This document shows, one piece after another, positions 32,666-42,934 of a stretch of DNA of 64,000 bases. Source of the DNA: an uncultured Phycisphaerales bacterium. GTDB lineage: Bacteria > Planctomycetota > Phycisphaerae > Tepidisphaerales > Tepidisphaeraceae. The notes beneath the pieces are model-generated. The model had not been told where the DNA came from, did no database searches, and saw nothing but the letters and a program-made list of their open reading frames with translations. The stretch lies in contig CAVWVQ010000003.1 of the NCBI GenBank assembly GCA_963758525.1, positions 128,001-192,000 of the forward strand. The letters are read 5' to 3'. The stretch's first letter is position 1. Every line of letters begins with the position of its first letter. The translations under genes and the position numbers were made by a program.

Positions 32666-34351
32666 ATGGCAGTGAGCGGGATGCTTGCCGACGTCAATGG
32701 CGGCGGCTACATCAGCATCTACAAGATCATACCGGTGCTCCTGGTGCTGCTGGTCTGGGCTCGGCTGCTGACGTGGGTGGATAAGGACGCTCCCACGCTG
32801 AACTTGCCGCGAGAGAAGCTCAATCTTCCGCTCTTCGGCGGACTGCTTCTGGGATTTGCGGCATTCTTCGCGCTGCCGAATTTTTTTCTGGCGTTCGCGG
32901 TGCTGCTTCTGTGCGTTGGCGCCGAGGCGGGGATCTACCTCAACATCCGCAAGAAGGTCTCGGATTTTGACGACATCAAGAGGCAGTTCAAGGAATGGCT
33001 TGAATCCTTTCGCGGGAAGAAGCTCGATACCAAGCTGGAAGTGGCAGAAGGTCAGGTCGCGATTCTTTCCAAGGCGGGCCCGCCGATTCTGCCGCCCGAT
33101 CCGAAGCTGCCCGAGCGGGCGATTTACGATGCCATGCAGACGGCGCTGGTCGAGCCGTTGACCAAGCTTGCCGAGCAGATCGACCTGGCGCCCGAAGCAG
33201 AGGGTCTGGCGGCCAAGTACATCGTGGACGGCGTTGTCTATCGTGGCGCGGTCCTCCAACCGGCGCTGGGCGCGTCGCTCATCTCGCATCTGAAGGAAGC
33301 CGCCGGCCTGGTGGTCACCGAGGTGCGCAAGCCGCAGACCGGGTCGTTCAAAGTGACCCTCAATGGCAAGAAACGCGAGCTCAAGGCGCAGACCGCTGGA
33401 ACGCGCGCCGGCGAATACATGCGATTGTTCGTCGATCCCAAGAAAAAGGCCGACATCAATCTCGGGAACATGGGCCTCAGCGAGCGTCAGCTCGGCTACA
33501 TCAACGAACTGCTCGCCGACAAGAAGGGGATTGTCATCATCAGCGCGCCCAAGGGGCACGGGCTCACGACCGCGTTTTACTCGATGGTTCGCGGTCACGA
33601 TGTCTTCATCGAGCTGATTCACACCATCGAGCGTGATTCGGACGACGGCGTTGACGGCGCGACGATGAACCGCATCGCTCCGACGGCTCCGCCGGAGGAA
33701 GAGGCAAAGAAGCTGGATTGGATCGTGAGTCAGGAGCCGGACGTGATCGCGATCGCGCCGGTCGAATCGCAGGAGGCGGCGCGCGGGCTAATTGAGTTCG
33801 CCAAAACCGGCAAGCGTGTCTACATCGCAATGCGCGCCTCCAGCACGTTTGAGGCGCTGGATCAATGGCGCAAGCTGGTTGGCGATAATACGCTGGCAAT
33901 GCAGGAGCTTCGGCTGGTGATCAACGGCCGAATCCTTCGCAAGCTCTGCGAGGCATGCAAGGTGGGATACGCCCCCGATGCCCCCACGTTGCGAAAGCTG
34001 GGCATCAATCCCGAGCGCGTCACGGCGCTGTTCCAGGCGCGGACGACTCCAATGAAGGACCAGAAGGGCGAAGTGGTTCCCTGCATGTTCTGCAATGAAC
34101 TTCGTTTCAAGGGTCGCGTCGGAGTGTATGAGACGCTCATGATCGACGACGAAGTTCGTCAAGCGATAGCGGCCGGCAAGTCGCCCAGCACGGCGTTCCG
34201 GAAGCAGCGCGGCAAATACCTTCAGGAAGAGGCCCTTGCCCTGGTGGAAAAAGGACAGACCAGCGTTCAGGAAGTTCTGCGAGTGCTCAAGGCGGCCCCC
34301 GCGCCTCCGATCGGCACGACTCGCACTCCGGCGCGGAAAGCGGAGGCATAG
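32666..34351 (+). CDS. membrane-anchored GspE/PilB-like protein with degenerate ATPase motifs
   Basis: Three N-terminal TMs; YIVDGV; Walker A position APKGHGLTT; SQEPDVIAIA; CEAC...CMFC; FKGRVGVYE. Confidence 0.75.
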   Translation: MAVSGMLADVNGGGYISIYKIIPVLLVLLVWARLLTWVDKDAPTLNLPREKLNLPLFGGLLLGFAAFFALPNFFLAFAVLLLCVGAEAGIYLNIRKKVSDFDDIKRQFKEWLESFRGKKLDTKLEVAEGQVAILSKAGPPILPPDPKLPERAIYDAMQTALVEPLTKLAEQIDLAPEAEGLAAKYIVDGVVYRGAVLQPALGASLISHLKEAAGLVVTEVRKPQTGSFKVTLNGKKRELKAQTAGTRAGEYMRLFVDPKKKADINLGNMGLSERQLGYINELLADKKGIVIISAPKGHGLTTAFYSMVRGHDVFIELIHTIERDSDDGVDGATMNRIAPTAPPEEEAKKLDWIVSQEPDVIAIAPVESQEAARGLIEFAKTGKRVYIAMRASSTFEALDQWRKLVGDNTLAMQELRLVINGRILRKLCEACKVGYAPDAPTLRKLGINPERVTALFQARTTPMKDQKGEVVPCMFCNELRFKGRVGVYETLMIDDEVRQAIAAGKSPSTAFRKQRGKYLQEEALALVEKGQTSVQEVLRVLKAAPAPPIGTTRTPARKAEA

Positions 34352-34354
34352 CCA

Positions 34355-36304
34355 ATGATTCTGCTGATCATCATCGGCATTGTGGTCCTCGCGATCGCCT
34401 TCGTGCATTACCAGCAGGGATTGTTCAGCGCCACGCTGTCGGCCATTCTCGCGATCATCTGCGCCGCGTTTGCCGTCAGTTTTCACGAGACGCTTATCGA
34501 ATCGTTGCTGGGTGGCGCCGCCGCCAACATCGCGCATGGGATGATCCTGATGCTTCTTTTCGCCGGGAGCTACTCCATCCTGCGGGGGATCTTCGACAAG
34601 TGCATACCAGGCCAGACCCGCTTGCCCTTTCTGGTCGACAAGATCGGCGGGGCGGTGATGGGACTGGTCGCCGGGTCGTATGCGGCGGGCATCGTGCTGA
34701 TCGCGGCGCAGGAGCTTCCGTTCGGGCCCACTATCATGGGCTACGCCCGCTATGACACCGAATCGGATCGGACGGTGGTACTTCCGCAGCCGAATCACGC
34801 GATGAGCAAGACGGAACAAATCTTCGACGAGCTCAAGTCTGAGTCGCCTGGCGTCTTCGACGACAGCACGAAGCACACGCTTTATTTCGACGATCTGGTG
34901 GTCAATACGGTGGCCTATCTAAGCAACGGCGGCTCGCTCGCCGGGAGCCAGCCGCTGACCGCGATTCACCCCGATCTCCTGCAGGAAGTCATGGGCCAGC
35001 GCCTCGGCATCGAGCCGGGCGCCAAGCGCGTGGCGATGAATCTTCCCGCCAAGAAGCTTCAGGATGTCAAGGTTATTGGGCTATTTTCGCTGTCGTCGAT
35101 TCCGCAGGCGGACGCGGAGATTGACAAGTGGCGCCCATCGTTCACCAATGCAGTCAAAACACCGCGTAAGCCCGCGGCCGACAGCATCATGCTCGTGGTG
35201 CGAACCGTCTTTTCGCATACCGCCGCCGACCCCGACGGGTTGGTGCGCCTCAGTACCGGCGCCGTCCGTCTCGTCGCGCCGACCGATGCTGATGCGACGC
35301 ACTTTGCCGACTATTACCCGCTCGGCACGCTGCAGGGCGCCAGCATGCTGTATCTCAACAAGCTGGACGATCCGATCTTTGTCAATGTGCGCGAAGGCGA
35401 TGATCAGGCCGCGGATTTCGTCTTCATGGTGAAGAAGGAGGGGTTCGTCGACGCGAAGAAAAAAGTGGCCGCCGGCTCGTTTCTGGAAGTAAAGCGGCTT
35501 GCGCGCGTGGATCTGACGGGCCAGACGATCAAGAGCGAGTTCACGACTTCGCCCATCGTGGCGGTTCTGCGAAAGCCGCTGGTGGTGCCGGACGTTCCAC
35601 CGCCGCCGGCGGTCGCGGTGGCGCCGCCAGAACCTGTCGCGCCGGCGCCCACGCCGGCTCCGGTGCCAACTCCCACTCCCAGTCCAACTCCGACCCCCGC
35701 TCCCGCGCCGGCGCCGAACACCGGTCTGCATTCTCCGCAGGAGGCGATCAAGCCGGCAAGCAACGGCATCCTCGACATCACCGGCGCAACTTCGTCATCG
35801 TCCCTCCCGATTCCGATTGCCTGCGGTGACGACACCACGAAATTGTCGATCGTCCTACCGGGCGGCGATGCGATTTTGAAGAACGGGAAGTTCCTCTCCC
35901 TGAATCTCGATGTGCAGGAAACGCAGGAGAAGCTTTCCACCGGATCGCGGCTGACCAAGGATCTGCTGGCCAAGGACGGGGAAGGGCTGATTATCGTGAC
36001 TGGAACGGCAATCGACGGGAAATGGGATTGGGCGGAAAAAGCCGACCAGCTCAACATCGTCGATTCGGCCGGCAAGCAGTATCCCGCCAACGGATTGTGG
36101 GCCGACGTCGATCAGGACGGGCACAAGCGGTTCTTTGCCCGCTACTCCACCAATTACCCCGTCAGCGCCCTGACCGCCGGCCCCGGCAAGCCGGGAAAAG
36201 TCTGGCTCTGTTTCTCCATTCCCGCCGGCACCGAAGTCAATCAGGTCGTCCTCGGCAGCCAGGTGCTGGGCAATTTCCCGCCAGTCAAGGCTGAGGGGCA
36301 GTAG
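34355..36304 (+). CDS. CvpA-family membrane domain plus large periplasmic region with Pro/Thr linker
   Basis: QQGLFSATLS, VDKIGGAVMGLVAG; (PT/PA)n linker around aa 415-455. Confidence 0.65.
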   Translation: MILLIIIGIVVLAIAFVHYQQGLFSATLSAILAIICAAFAVSFHETLIESLLGGAAANIAHGMILMLLFAGSYSILRGIFDKCIPGQTRLPFLVDKIGGAVMGLVAGSYAAGIVLIAAQELPFGPTIMGYARYDTESDRTVVLPQPNHAMSKTEQIFDELKSESPGVFDDSTKHTLYFDDLVVNTVAYLSNGGSLAGSQPLTAIHPDLLQEVMGQRLGIEPGAKRVAMNLPAKKLQDVKVIGLFSLSSIPQADAEIDKWRPSFTNAVKTPRKPAADSIMLVVRTVFSHTAADPDGLVRLSTGAVRLVAPTDADATHFADYYPLGTLQGASMLYLNKLDDPIFVNVREGDDQAADFVFMVKKEGFVDAKKKVAAGSFLEVKRLARVDLTGQTIKSEFTTSPIVAVLRKPLVVPDVPPPPAVAVAPPEPVAPAPTPAPVPTPTPSPTPTPAPAPAPNTGLHSPQEAIKPASNGILDITGATSSSSLPIPIACGDDTTKLSIVLPGGDAILKNGKFLSLNLDVQETQEKLSTGSRLTKDLLAKDGEGLIIVTGTAIDGKWDWAEKADQLNIVDSAGKQYPANGLWADVDQDGHKRFFARYSTNYPVSALTAGPGKPGKVWLCFSIPAGTEVNQVVLGSQVLGNFPPVKAEGQ

Positions 36305-36464
36305 AGGGAAGAACCCAATCGCAAGTCTGCCCACGCTGCGCAGGCCGCGGAAGGCGCGCCGAGCAGCATTTTCATGACGGTGCATGCTGAGATGAATTTC
36401 GGACCGTTCCTGCCGTTGATGGTCGCCTGAGCCTTCGATCCCGACCGGCGGCGGGAGAGCAAAG

Positions 36465-36520
36465 AATTGCAAATTACAAATTGAGGATTGCAAATTGCAA
36501 AATGAGATTGCAATTTGCAA
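36465..36520. repeat. ATTGCAA 7-mer array
   Basis: aattgcaaattacaaattgaggattgcaaattgcaaaatgagattgcaatttgcaa. Confidence 0.7.
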
Positions 36521-36575
36521 ACTTCGGGCAGGGGAATCGTATTGGGCGCATCGTTGCCGCGGAGGGCCGCTATGT

Positions 36576-36684
36576 GGGTTAGCCGCGGCGCGCAGCGGAG
36601 CGTGTATTCATGGGGATTGCGCAAGCGCTGACATCGCGTTGTTCTCGTTCGAATACGCGCTCCGCTGCGCGTCGCGGCTAACCC
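36576..36684. repeat. REP doublet with 34-bp inverted arms
   Basis: 36576-36609 vs 36651-36684, two G:T differences; same family as 14234 and 14727. Confidence 0.85.
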
Positions 36685-36713
36685 GCGGCGTTCAGTGTTG
36701 ACTATTCAAGTGT

Positions 36714-39263
36714 TTATTTTGGTGCCGGGGCGGTCGCCGTCGTCGGTTTGGGCGTCGGCGGCGGAGGCGGCGCGCTGAGCAGCACGATGTTGCGCATGAT
36801 CGCCGTCGCCGTGGGCGGCGCGTAGCCGACGATGCCGTCGGTGGGCTGACCGACGAGTCCGCCGCTGATGTCGTCCTTGCTGAAGTAGGCGGCGACGCGG
36901 CCCTTCTCCGGAATTCCGATCACGCGGCCCCAGTGGATATTCCCGACGACGGTATGTGCAAATGTGCGATACTCAACGGTCCTGATCGGCGCGGCCGCGA
37001 GCGTGTACAGCGGGCTGTCGGGCGGGAGAATATTGGCAAGCGCGTTCGGATCAGGAAACAGCTTTTTCAGCAGCATTTCGGCAGAAGCCGAGAATTCGCT
37101 GGAGCCGCCGCCGGCATCAATGACGAGCGTGCCGCCGTTGGTAATGAACTTGCGCAGCTCGCGAGTCTGTTCGTCGGTGAGCTGAAACTGAGCCGTCCCG
37201 GTGAGATGGGCGATCTTGTAACTCGCCGCGGCCGCCAGGCGTTTGGCTTCTTCAGCGGCAAGCTCGGCTTCGATCTCGGCGATCTTCGGCTTGAGCAGCG
37301 CGTCGAGCTTCGCCTGGTCACCTTCGGTGGCAAGCACCTGATCCGGCGGCACCCGCTTGAATGCGCGTTTGCGAATTTCTTCCGGCGACGGACGCGGCGC
37401 CGCGGCCGGCGGGGGAGCGGGGTTGAGCTCCCCCTTGCCCAGCGGAATCGTCTTCACCTCCACGTCGAGCTGGAACTCGTTGTGAAGGATGGCCGCCAGT
37501 CGCGGCCAGCCCCCCGGCTCGGGGTCCCAGTTGCCGTCATACTGCAGGCGGGCGACGCGCATCGACCGATTGCTCCTGATCGCGGGATTCAGTGTCACCA
37601 GGTTGCTCTGCCCGCGGTACAGAAGGTTTTTCTTGTCGACGGAATAGAGGAAGATATTCGCGCCCCATGCAAAGGCTTCCGGCTTGGGAATGTTCGGGGG
37701 ATTTTGCCAGACCTTACCGGCGTCCCCGCCTTCCAGCAGGATCATCAGCTCGCGGATGCCGTTGCTGAGCGCCACGGCCTTGATTCTGCCGCGCGTCAGG
37801 TGCCCCTGCTCGGTGAGGATTGGGCTGTTGCCTTCGAGTTCGCGGAATGGATAGCCGAAGAGTTTTGTTCCCAGCTCCTGAAAGCTTTTGCTGAACGCGG
37901 GGCTGTTGTAATCGGCATTGGCCAGGATGATGCCGCCCTCGGTCACGAAGGTTTTGAGTTTGATCTCCTCCGCGTCGGGCAAGTGCAGCGCCTGGTCGCC
38001 GGCGAGATAGAGGATCGGGGCATCGCGGAGTTCTTCGGGCGATACTTTCAGATTGACCAGTTGCCAGTTGAGATTGCCTTCAATCTGTTCGCCGGTCCAT
38101 TGGGTGAGGTTGGCCACATCGCGGGGACGCTCGTTCCAGTCCGAGTCCACCGGCTTGCCCGTCCGATCGATGATCTGGTAGTGAAGCTTATTCATCATGA
38201 CCGGCGCGCGGCCGCGCGAGAGAAAGAGCACGGCAAAGCAGGTGTTGGTCAGATCGGTTCCGGGGTACTGCGCGTCCCAATGGCCGTCGGACTTCTGGCC
38301 GGCAATGAGGTGATCCGCGCCTGCCTGAAACCAGTCGGTGGTTCCGAAATATTTCGTTCCGCTGGCGACACCGATCCGTTCCACGCCGTACCACGCATAA
38401 TTGGTATCCACTTCGGCGAAGTGTTTGGTCATCCAGCCCAGGCCATTCTCGATATTGCTGTTGAAAATGTTTCCCCGATGCTCTCCAAGGTCGCCGGAGG
38501 TGTTGTCCTGGGTGAGAAAAAGGGTTGCGATGCCGGCGGCGGTCATGGAAGGCGTGGGATTCGGCTGATCGTCGGTGTGGGTCGGAGTCGTGTTATAGGC
38601 CCAACCGCCATCACTGAACTGATCCTTGCGCCAGACCTGATCGAAGATGCGCCAGTAGCGAACGTCGATCTTCGCTCCCGACTCCTGTAGCGCCCACAGA
38701 CCGAGGATGCCGTACTGACTGACACTGTGGTCCACGCGACTTCCCCTGCCGTTCCCATAGTCCCACAAGCCGCGGCTGTCGCCTTCGGTGTTGACGCCCG
38801 CCAGAATGCGCTCGGCATCGATGGTCATGTATTTCTGCAGTTCCGCCCTGTCCTTCGGATTGGCAGCCAGAAGATGCCACACGAGCGCGCGCAAACCCAG
38901 CGAATAGATGCCGATCACGTCAGCTTTCTTGAGGAATTGAATCGAAGCGGCGACGCGTTTGTCCTGTGGCGATTCGCCCGCCGCGAGCAGGGCGTAGGTG
39001 CAGAGCGAGGAGAATCCGCCAAACGAATCCCCCTGCATATCGCCCCAGTTGTGATACGTCCCCACGCGTGTCTCGCTGGTCTCCCAATGGCCGCTCGGTT
39101 TCTGCTGCGAGTAGATGTAGGCGACGCCTTTGCTGATCGCCTTGTCGATATCTGTCGCAGTGGCGCCGCGAGCCGGCGCAGCGAGCAATGGCGCCAAAAG
39201 CGACATCAGCGTGGCAAGACGCTTCTGATGGATGTGCACGAGCCGCCTCTTGTTGATCGTCAC
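36714..39263 (-). CDS. secreted protein: prenyltransferase/squalene-cyclase-like repeats plus two DUF4159-like domains
   Basis: QQKPSGHW, QFSDGGWAY, QKSDGHW repeats; APILYLAG..LKTFVTEGGIILA; AHLTGT..LRKFITNGGTLVIDA; start uncertain. Confidence 0.7.
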   Translation of the reverse strand: MTINKRRLVHIHQKRLATLMSLLAPLLAAPARGATATDIDKAISKGVAYIYSQQKPSGHWETSETRVGTYHNWGDMQGDSFGGFSSLCTYALLAAGESPQDKRVAASIQFLKKADVIGIYSLGLRALVWHLLAANPKDRAELQKYMTIDAERILAGVNTEGDSRGLWDYGNGRGSRVDHSVSQYGILGLWALQESGAKIDVRYWRIFDQVWRKDQFSDGGWAYNTTPTHTDDQPNPTPSMTAAGIATLFLTQDNTSGDLGEHRGNIFNSNIENGLGWMTKHFAEVDTNYAWYGVERIGVASGTKYFGTTDWFQAGADHLIAGQKSDGHWDAQYPGTDLTNTCFAVLFLSRGRAPVMMNKLHYQIIDRTGKPVDSDWNERPRDVANLTQWTGEQIEGNLNWQLVNLKVSPEELRDAPILYLAGDQALHLPDAEEIKLKTFVTEGGIILANADYNSPAFSKSFQELGTKLFGYPFRELEGNSPILTEQGHLTRGRIKAVALSNGIRELMILLEGGDAGKVWQNPPNIPKPEAFAWGANIFLYSVDKKNLLYRGQSNLVTLNPAIRSNRSMRVARLQYDGNWDPEPGGWPRLAAILHNEFQLDVEVKTIPLGKGELNPAPPPAAAPRPSPEEIRKRAFKRVPPDQVLATEGDQAKLDALLKPKIAEIEAELAAEEAKRLAAAASYKIAHLTGTAQFQLTDEQTRELRKFITNGGTLVIDAGGGSSEFSASAEMLLKKLFPDPNALANILPPDSPLYTLAAAPIRTVEYRTFAHTVVGNIHWGRVIGIPEKGRVAAYFSKDDISGGLVGQPTDGIVGYAPPTATAIMRNIVLLSAPPPPPTPKPTTATAPAPK

Positions 39264-39397
39264 CGGATCCTATCCGCGCTCAACGGTGATTCCGGGGAAG
39301 CGAGTTCAATTATCCATGATGCGCAGCGCAGTCTTGGAAACAAGTCAGAGGGAATTTGCCTGAGGCGGGGCGTGCCCGATCTTCCGGGAGCGTGTAA

Positions 39398-40189
39398 CTA
39401 CGGATTGCTGCAACTCTTTCCCCCTCCCCTGGTACTCCGGGGGAGGGCCGGGGTGGGGGCTTGCTCGCGATCGCGCGGACTCGTTATCAAAAGCTCGTCA
39501 AAGCGCGCGATGCGCGGCACCGGCAACTCAGAGGAGATGGGAGCATTGCCTGGACGAACCGCCAGAGCGACGGCAAACCCGGATTGCCTTGCGGCGGTGA
39601 GTTCTTCGGCGACGTCAGAAAGAAAAAGAATGCGCGACGGAGCCAGTTGAAGCTCGACGGCGATCCTGGCGTAGCTGTCGGCAGATCGCTTCGGACCGAT
39701 CGTCGTGTCGAAGAAATGCGACAACAGAGGCGTTAAGTCCCCGGCGTCGGTATGGCGGAAGAAAACCCGTTGCGCGGCGATGCTGCCCGAGGAATAGATT
39801 GCCAGCGTCTTGCCTGATGCGTGCCATTGCCGCAGCGCGGGCGCCACGTCGGGAAACAGTTCGGACCGCAGACGACCAAGGCGATATCCCTCCTCCCAGA
39901 TGAGCCCCTGAAGCTGTTTCAGCCCTGTTCGCTTGGCGTCCGCCTCCATCAGACGAATGACCTCCGCCATTATCTGTTGCGGCGAATCTTCGATCGATCG
40001 CGCCGTGGATTGAGCGTCGGCAATGATCTGACGACGCGCCGCGATCACCGCCTCCTCATTCCAATGCGCCGCAAGAAAACCCGGCAACTGCTCGCGCGCA
40101 TATGGGAAGAGGACTTGGTAGACAAACGCAATCGGCGCAACGGTGCCCTCAATATCGAGCAGGACAGCGTCAACTGGGAATTGCTGCAT
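39398..40189 (-). CDS. mtnC: acireductone synthase (enolase-phosphatase E1)
   Basis: LLDIEGT, LFPYAR, LKQLQGLIWEEGY, IYSSGSIAAQ, FLSDVAEELTAA. Confidence 0.93.
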   Translation of the reverse strand: MQQFPVDAVLLDIEGTVAPIAFVYQVLFPYAREQLPGFLAAHWNEEAVIAARRQIIADAQSTARSIEDSPQQIMAEVIRLMEADAKRTGLKQLQGLIWEEGYRLGRLRSELFPDVAPALRQWHASGKTLAIYSSGSIAAQRVFFRHTDAGDLTPLLSHFFDTTIGPKRSADSYARIAVELQLAPSRILFLSDVAEELTAARQSGFAVALAVRPGNAPISSELPVPRIARFDELLITSPRDREQAPTPALPRSTRGGGKSCSNP

Positions 40190-40269
40190 CGATTCCGCCT
40201 TCGCGCCGACTTCACCGTATGGAGTGATCTAGATTCCCCATCTTGCGTCTTTAGCGCGGCATTGTGTTG

Positions 40270-40385
40270 CCCCTCTCCCGGTACTCCGGGGGAGGGTTGG
40301 GGTGAGGGTGATTTAGAGCATTGACGCCGTTCGACGGTCAGAATCACCCTCACCCCTGCCCTCTCCCGGAGTACCGGGAGAGGGG
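40270..40385. repeat. CCCTCTCCC...GGGAGAGGG-type REP doublet with 44-bp arms
   Basis: 40270-40313 vs 40342-40385; single arms also at 39420-39459 and 9711-9736. Confidence 0.85.
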
Positions 40386-40432
40386 TGACTCGTTCGAGGC
40401 TATAAGCCGGCCGTAAATCCGGACCAGAGCCG

Positions 40433-41011
40433 CTAGAGCTTCAGTGCCTCGATCCTCGCACCAGCAGGGATATACTTCGGTCCCCAGCAGACCGGCTGAA
40501 ACTTTTCGTGCAGGACGCCGGGAACATACTGCGGGGCCCAGCCGGCGGGGTCCTTAAACAATCGGATCGCCCGGATCGTCCGATCCTCGCAAAGGTCAAA
40601 CCAGTGCTGCGTCCCGGCAGGAACATTGATCAAATCACCAGCCGACAGCTCGATGGAAAAGACAGGGCCGCTGCCTGGATGAATGTGGAACACCCCGCGG
40701 CCCTTCACGATGAAACGAACTTCGTCCTCGGCGTGCGTGTGTTCCTTGTTGAAACGATTGAGCATCGACTGCAGGTTCGGCGTATGGGGCGTCACGTTGA
40801 TGACATCGGCGACAACATAACCGCCGTTGGTTTTGAGCGTTTCGATTTGAGCAGCGTAGCCGGCGAGAATTTGCTCGTCAGTCGGTTCGGCCGGGAGCGC
40901 GGCTTGCGCCGACCACCGCTCATAGGTGATTCCGAAGGGAGCGAGAAACTCCGCGATCTCCGTCGCGTGATCGATCCGCTTGCGATGCTCGGGAATAAGA
41001 ATATGAGCCAT
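40433..41011 (-). CDS. mtnD: acireductone dioxygenase
   Basis: EHTHAEDEVRF, GDLINVPAGTQHWF, AIRLFKDPAGW. Confidence 0.93.
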   Translation of the reverse strand: MAHILIPEHRKRIDHATEIAEFLAPFGITYERWSAQAALPAEPTDEQILAGYAAQIETLKTNGGYVVADVINVTPHTPNLQSMLNRFNKEHTHAEDEVRFIVKGRGVFHIHPGSGPVFSIELSAGDLINVPAGTQHWFDLCEDRTIRAIRLFKDPAGWAPQYVPGVLHEKFQPVCWGPKYIPAGARIEALKL

Positions 41012-41028
41012 GGTTTTGCTTTTGCAGT

Positions 41029-41697
41029 CTATGGTGCCTGGGCGCCTTTGAGCATCCGCGTCCTGCCGATCACTTCGAAGAGGAATTCAAAGATTTCGAC
41101 GTGCCGGCGCGCCTCTGCAAGATCGCGGCCCCATGTGTAAAGGCCGTGCTTTCGGAGGAGAAAGCCGTATTTGAGCGCCGGATCATCGGCGTCAAACCGC
41201 CGTTCGAGCTGGCGCACCAAAGTGCTGATGTCCTGCGTGTTGTCGATAATTTCCAGTCGCTCGCGATGCTCGTGCGTCTTGATGCCGCTGAGCCCTTTGA
41301 GCATTTCATATCCTTCGATGAAGACGGCGCCGTCGGCGTGATGCAAATCAGAGAGCGTGGTCGCCCACACGGAGTGCGTGTGCAGAACCGCCCCGACGGA
41401 CGGTTGTCGCGCGGCCGCCACGTGCAGCATCGCCTCGGCAGAGGGCCTGGCGCCACCCTCTTGCGGGTCGGTGTGCTGGCCCTTCTCGTCGAGAATCACA
41501 AAATCGGAACTGGTCAGCCCGCTCTTGTCCATCCCGCTGGCGGTCACCAGCAGCCGAAAGGGTGTTCGCGACAGAACGACCGAATAGTTGCTGCTGGTGC
41601 CCAGCGACCAGCCGCGCTGATGAAACTCCGCCCCGACAGCGCACAGCGCCTCGGCGGCCTGAGCGGAGCGTCCATTGCGCGTGGCAACTGCAGTCAT
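41029..41697 (-). CDS. mtnB: methylthioribulose-1-phosphate dehydratase
   Basis: GWSLGTSSNYS, TASGMDK, PSAEAMLH, LHTHSVW, GYEMLKG, HGLYTWG. Confidence 0.93.
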   Translation of the reverse strand: MTAVATRNGRSAQAAEALCAVGAEFHQRGWSLGTSSNYSVVLSRTPFRLLVTASGMDKSGLTSSDFVILDEKGQHTDPQEGGARPSAEAMLHVAAARQPSVGAVLHTHSVWATTLSDLHHADGAVFIEGYEMLKGLSGIKTHEHRERLEIIDNTQDISTLVRQLERRFDADDPALKYGFLLRKHGLYTWGRDLAEARRHVEIFEFLFEVIGRTRMLKGAQAP

Positions 41698-41811
41698 GTC
41701 CTGTTCTTCGGACCGAACGCATTCGTTCTGCAGTGAGAAGTCGAGCTCCGATAAATCGCGGCCCGCAGCAGCTGCGAAACAAAAATCCGCGTCGTCGTAT
41801 ATACTCGAATC

Positions 41812-42162
41812 ATGGACACTCAGTTCACGGTTGAGCGGATCGAGCGCGTGACCGCCATCACCTTTGTGACCGAATCACTGATGAATCAATCGGAATTGGA
41901 GCGTATCGGCCAGGCGATCGAGAGCCAGGTGGACGACGGCGCGCGATCCATGGTTCTCGATTTTTCCAACGTGAAGTTTCTCTCCAGCCTCGGGATTCGC
42001 ATGATCCTGTCGCTGCAGCAGAAGCTGAAGAAAGCCGGCGGCAAGGGTCTGTGCGTCTGCGGCATTTCCCCGTCACTGGCCGATTTGCTGAAGATCACCC
42101 GGCTCGACAAGGTGCTCAAGGTCGGCAAGTCACGAGCCGAGGCGATCAAGCTGGCGCAGTGA
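41812..42162 (+). CDS. STAS domain anti-sigma antagonist
   Basis: VLDFSNVKFLSSLGI, LLKITRLDKVL. Confidence 0.85.
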   Translation: MDTQFTVERIERVTAITFVTESLMNQSELERIGQAIESQVDDGARSMVLDFSNVKFLSSLGIRMILSLQQKLKKAGGKGLCVCGISPSLADLLKITRLDKVLKVGKSRAEAIKLAQ

Positions 42163-42230
42163 TGGCTTCTGATTGCAATGTGGCTTCTGATTGCAATGGT
42201 GCCCGCTGACTTTGCGGAGTACCATCTCCG

Positions 42231-42692
42231 ATGGAGGCACACCTTATGCGCAGCATCTTCACGCTCGGCGGGCTCCTGATCACCGTTGCGGTCATCATGT
42301 ACGCGTTCACGAAGTACGAGATTCCCGTCGCCCAGCGCGGCCAGGACGCACGCAAGGATGCCGAGCAGATTTCCGGCCGCGACGGGGACGGAACGCCGGT
42401 GGCCGATACCATGTCTCTCGAAGGCCACTCCACCAACGGCAAGCTGGACTCAATTCATGTAAAGGACATCGCCGTCGGCGGGGCGATGCAGCGCTATTAC
42501 GGGTTGCAGAAGGACGATCAAATCGTTGAGATCGGCGAGATAGCCGTGAAAGATTACAACGACGCTGACCTGGCGATTTCACTGGTGCAACAGGCGTATC
42601 AGGAGAAAAAGCCACTCGTCGTATTGCGCGACGGTCAGCGAACGGTGCTGGCGGGAAATGCCGCTGGCACGCCCGGCGTCACCGTCCCGTGA
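42231..42692 (+). CDS. membrane-anchored PDZ-like protein
   Basis: N-terminal TM, then GLQKDDQIVEIG...LVVLRDGQ. Confidence 0.6.
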   Translation: MEAHLMRSIFTLGGLLITVAVIMYAFTKYEIPVAQRGQDARKDAEQISGRDGDGTPVADTMSLEGHSTNGKLDSIHVKDIAVGGAMQRYYGLQKDDQIVEIGEIAVKDYNDADLAISLVQQAYQEKKPLVVLRDGQRTVLAGNAAGTPGVTVP

Positions 42693-42934
42693 GGAAGCGT
42701 GAGAAGATTCTTTGACATGCAGCAGTCGACTATCCAGGTGCAGCCCGGAGCTCAGCGGCTGCGCTCGTGGGATAGCACTGCGTCGGACGCCGATTCTGCT
42801 GGCTACCGGGCGCCGGTTGGTGTATGATCCTTTTGGTAAGTTCGACGACTGAGCTCTCATCGGCGTGTCGCCACGTCATTTGACGCCGCCCTCCTCCCTC
42901 GCCCTTCCTACCGCCGATTTGCAGGTGATCCACG

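Noticed and set aside
36933..38690. Long antisense ORFs (also 4549-5958, 47585-49036, 55040-56251)
   Set aside because: Shadow frames of high-GC genes with no protein motifs
41698..41811. SAM riboswitch upstream of mtnB-mtnD-mtnC
   Set aside because: Only 114 nt shared with a divergent gene, and no SAM-I or SAM-II core recognisable
42163..42198. Exact 18-bp tandem duplication tggcttctgattgcaatg
   Set aside because: Two copies with nothing between them; most simply slippage or an assembly duplication
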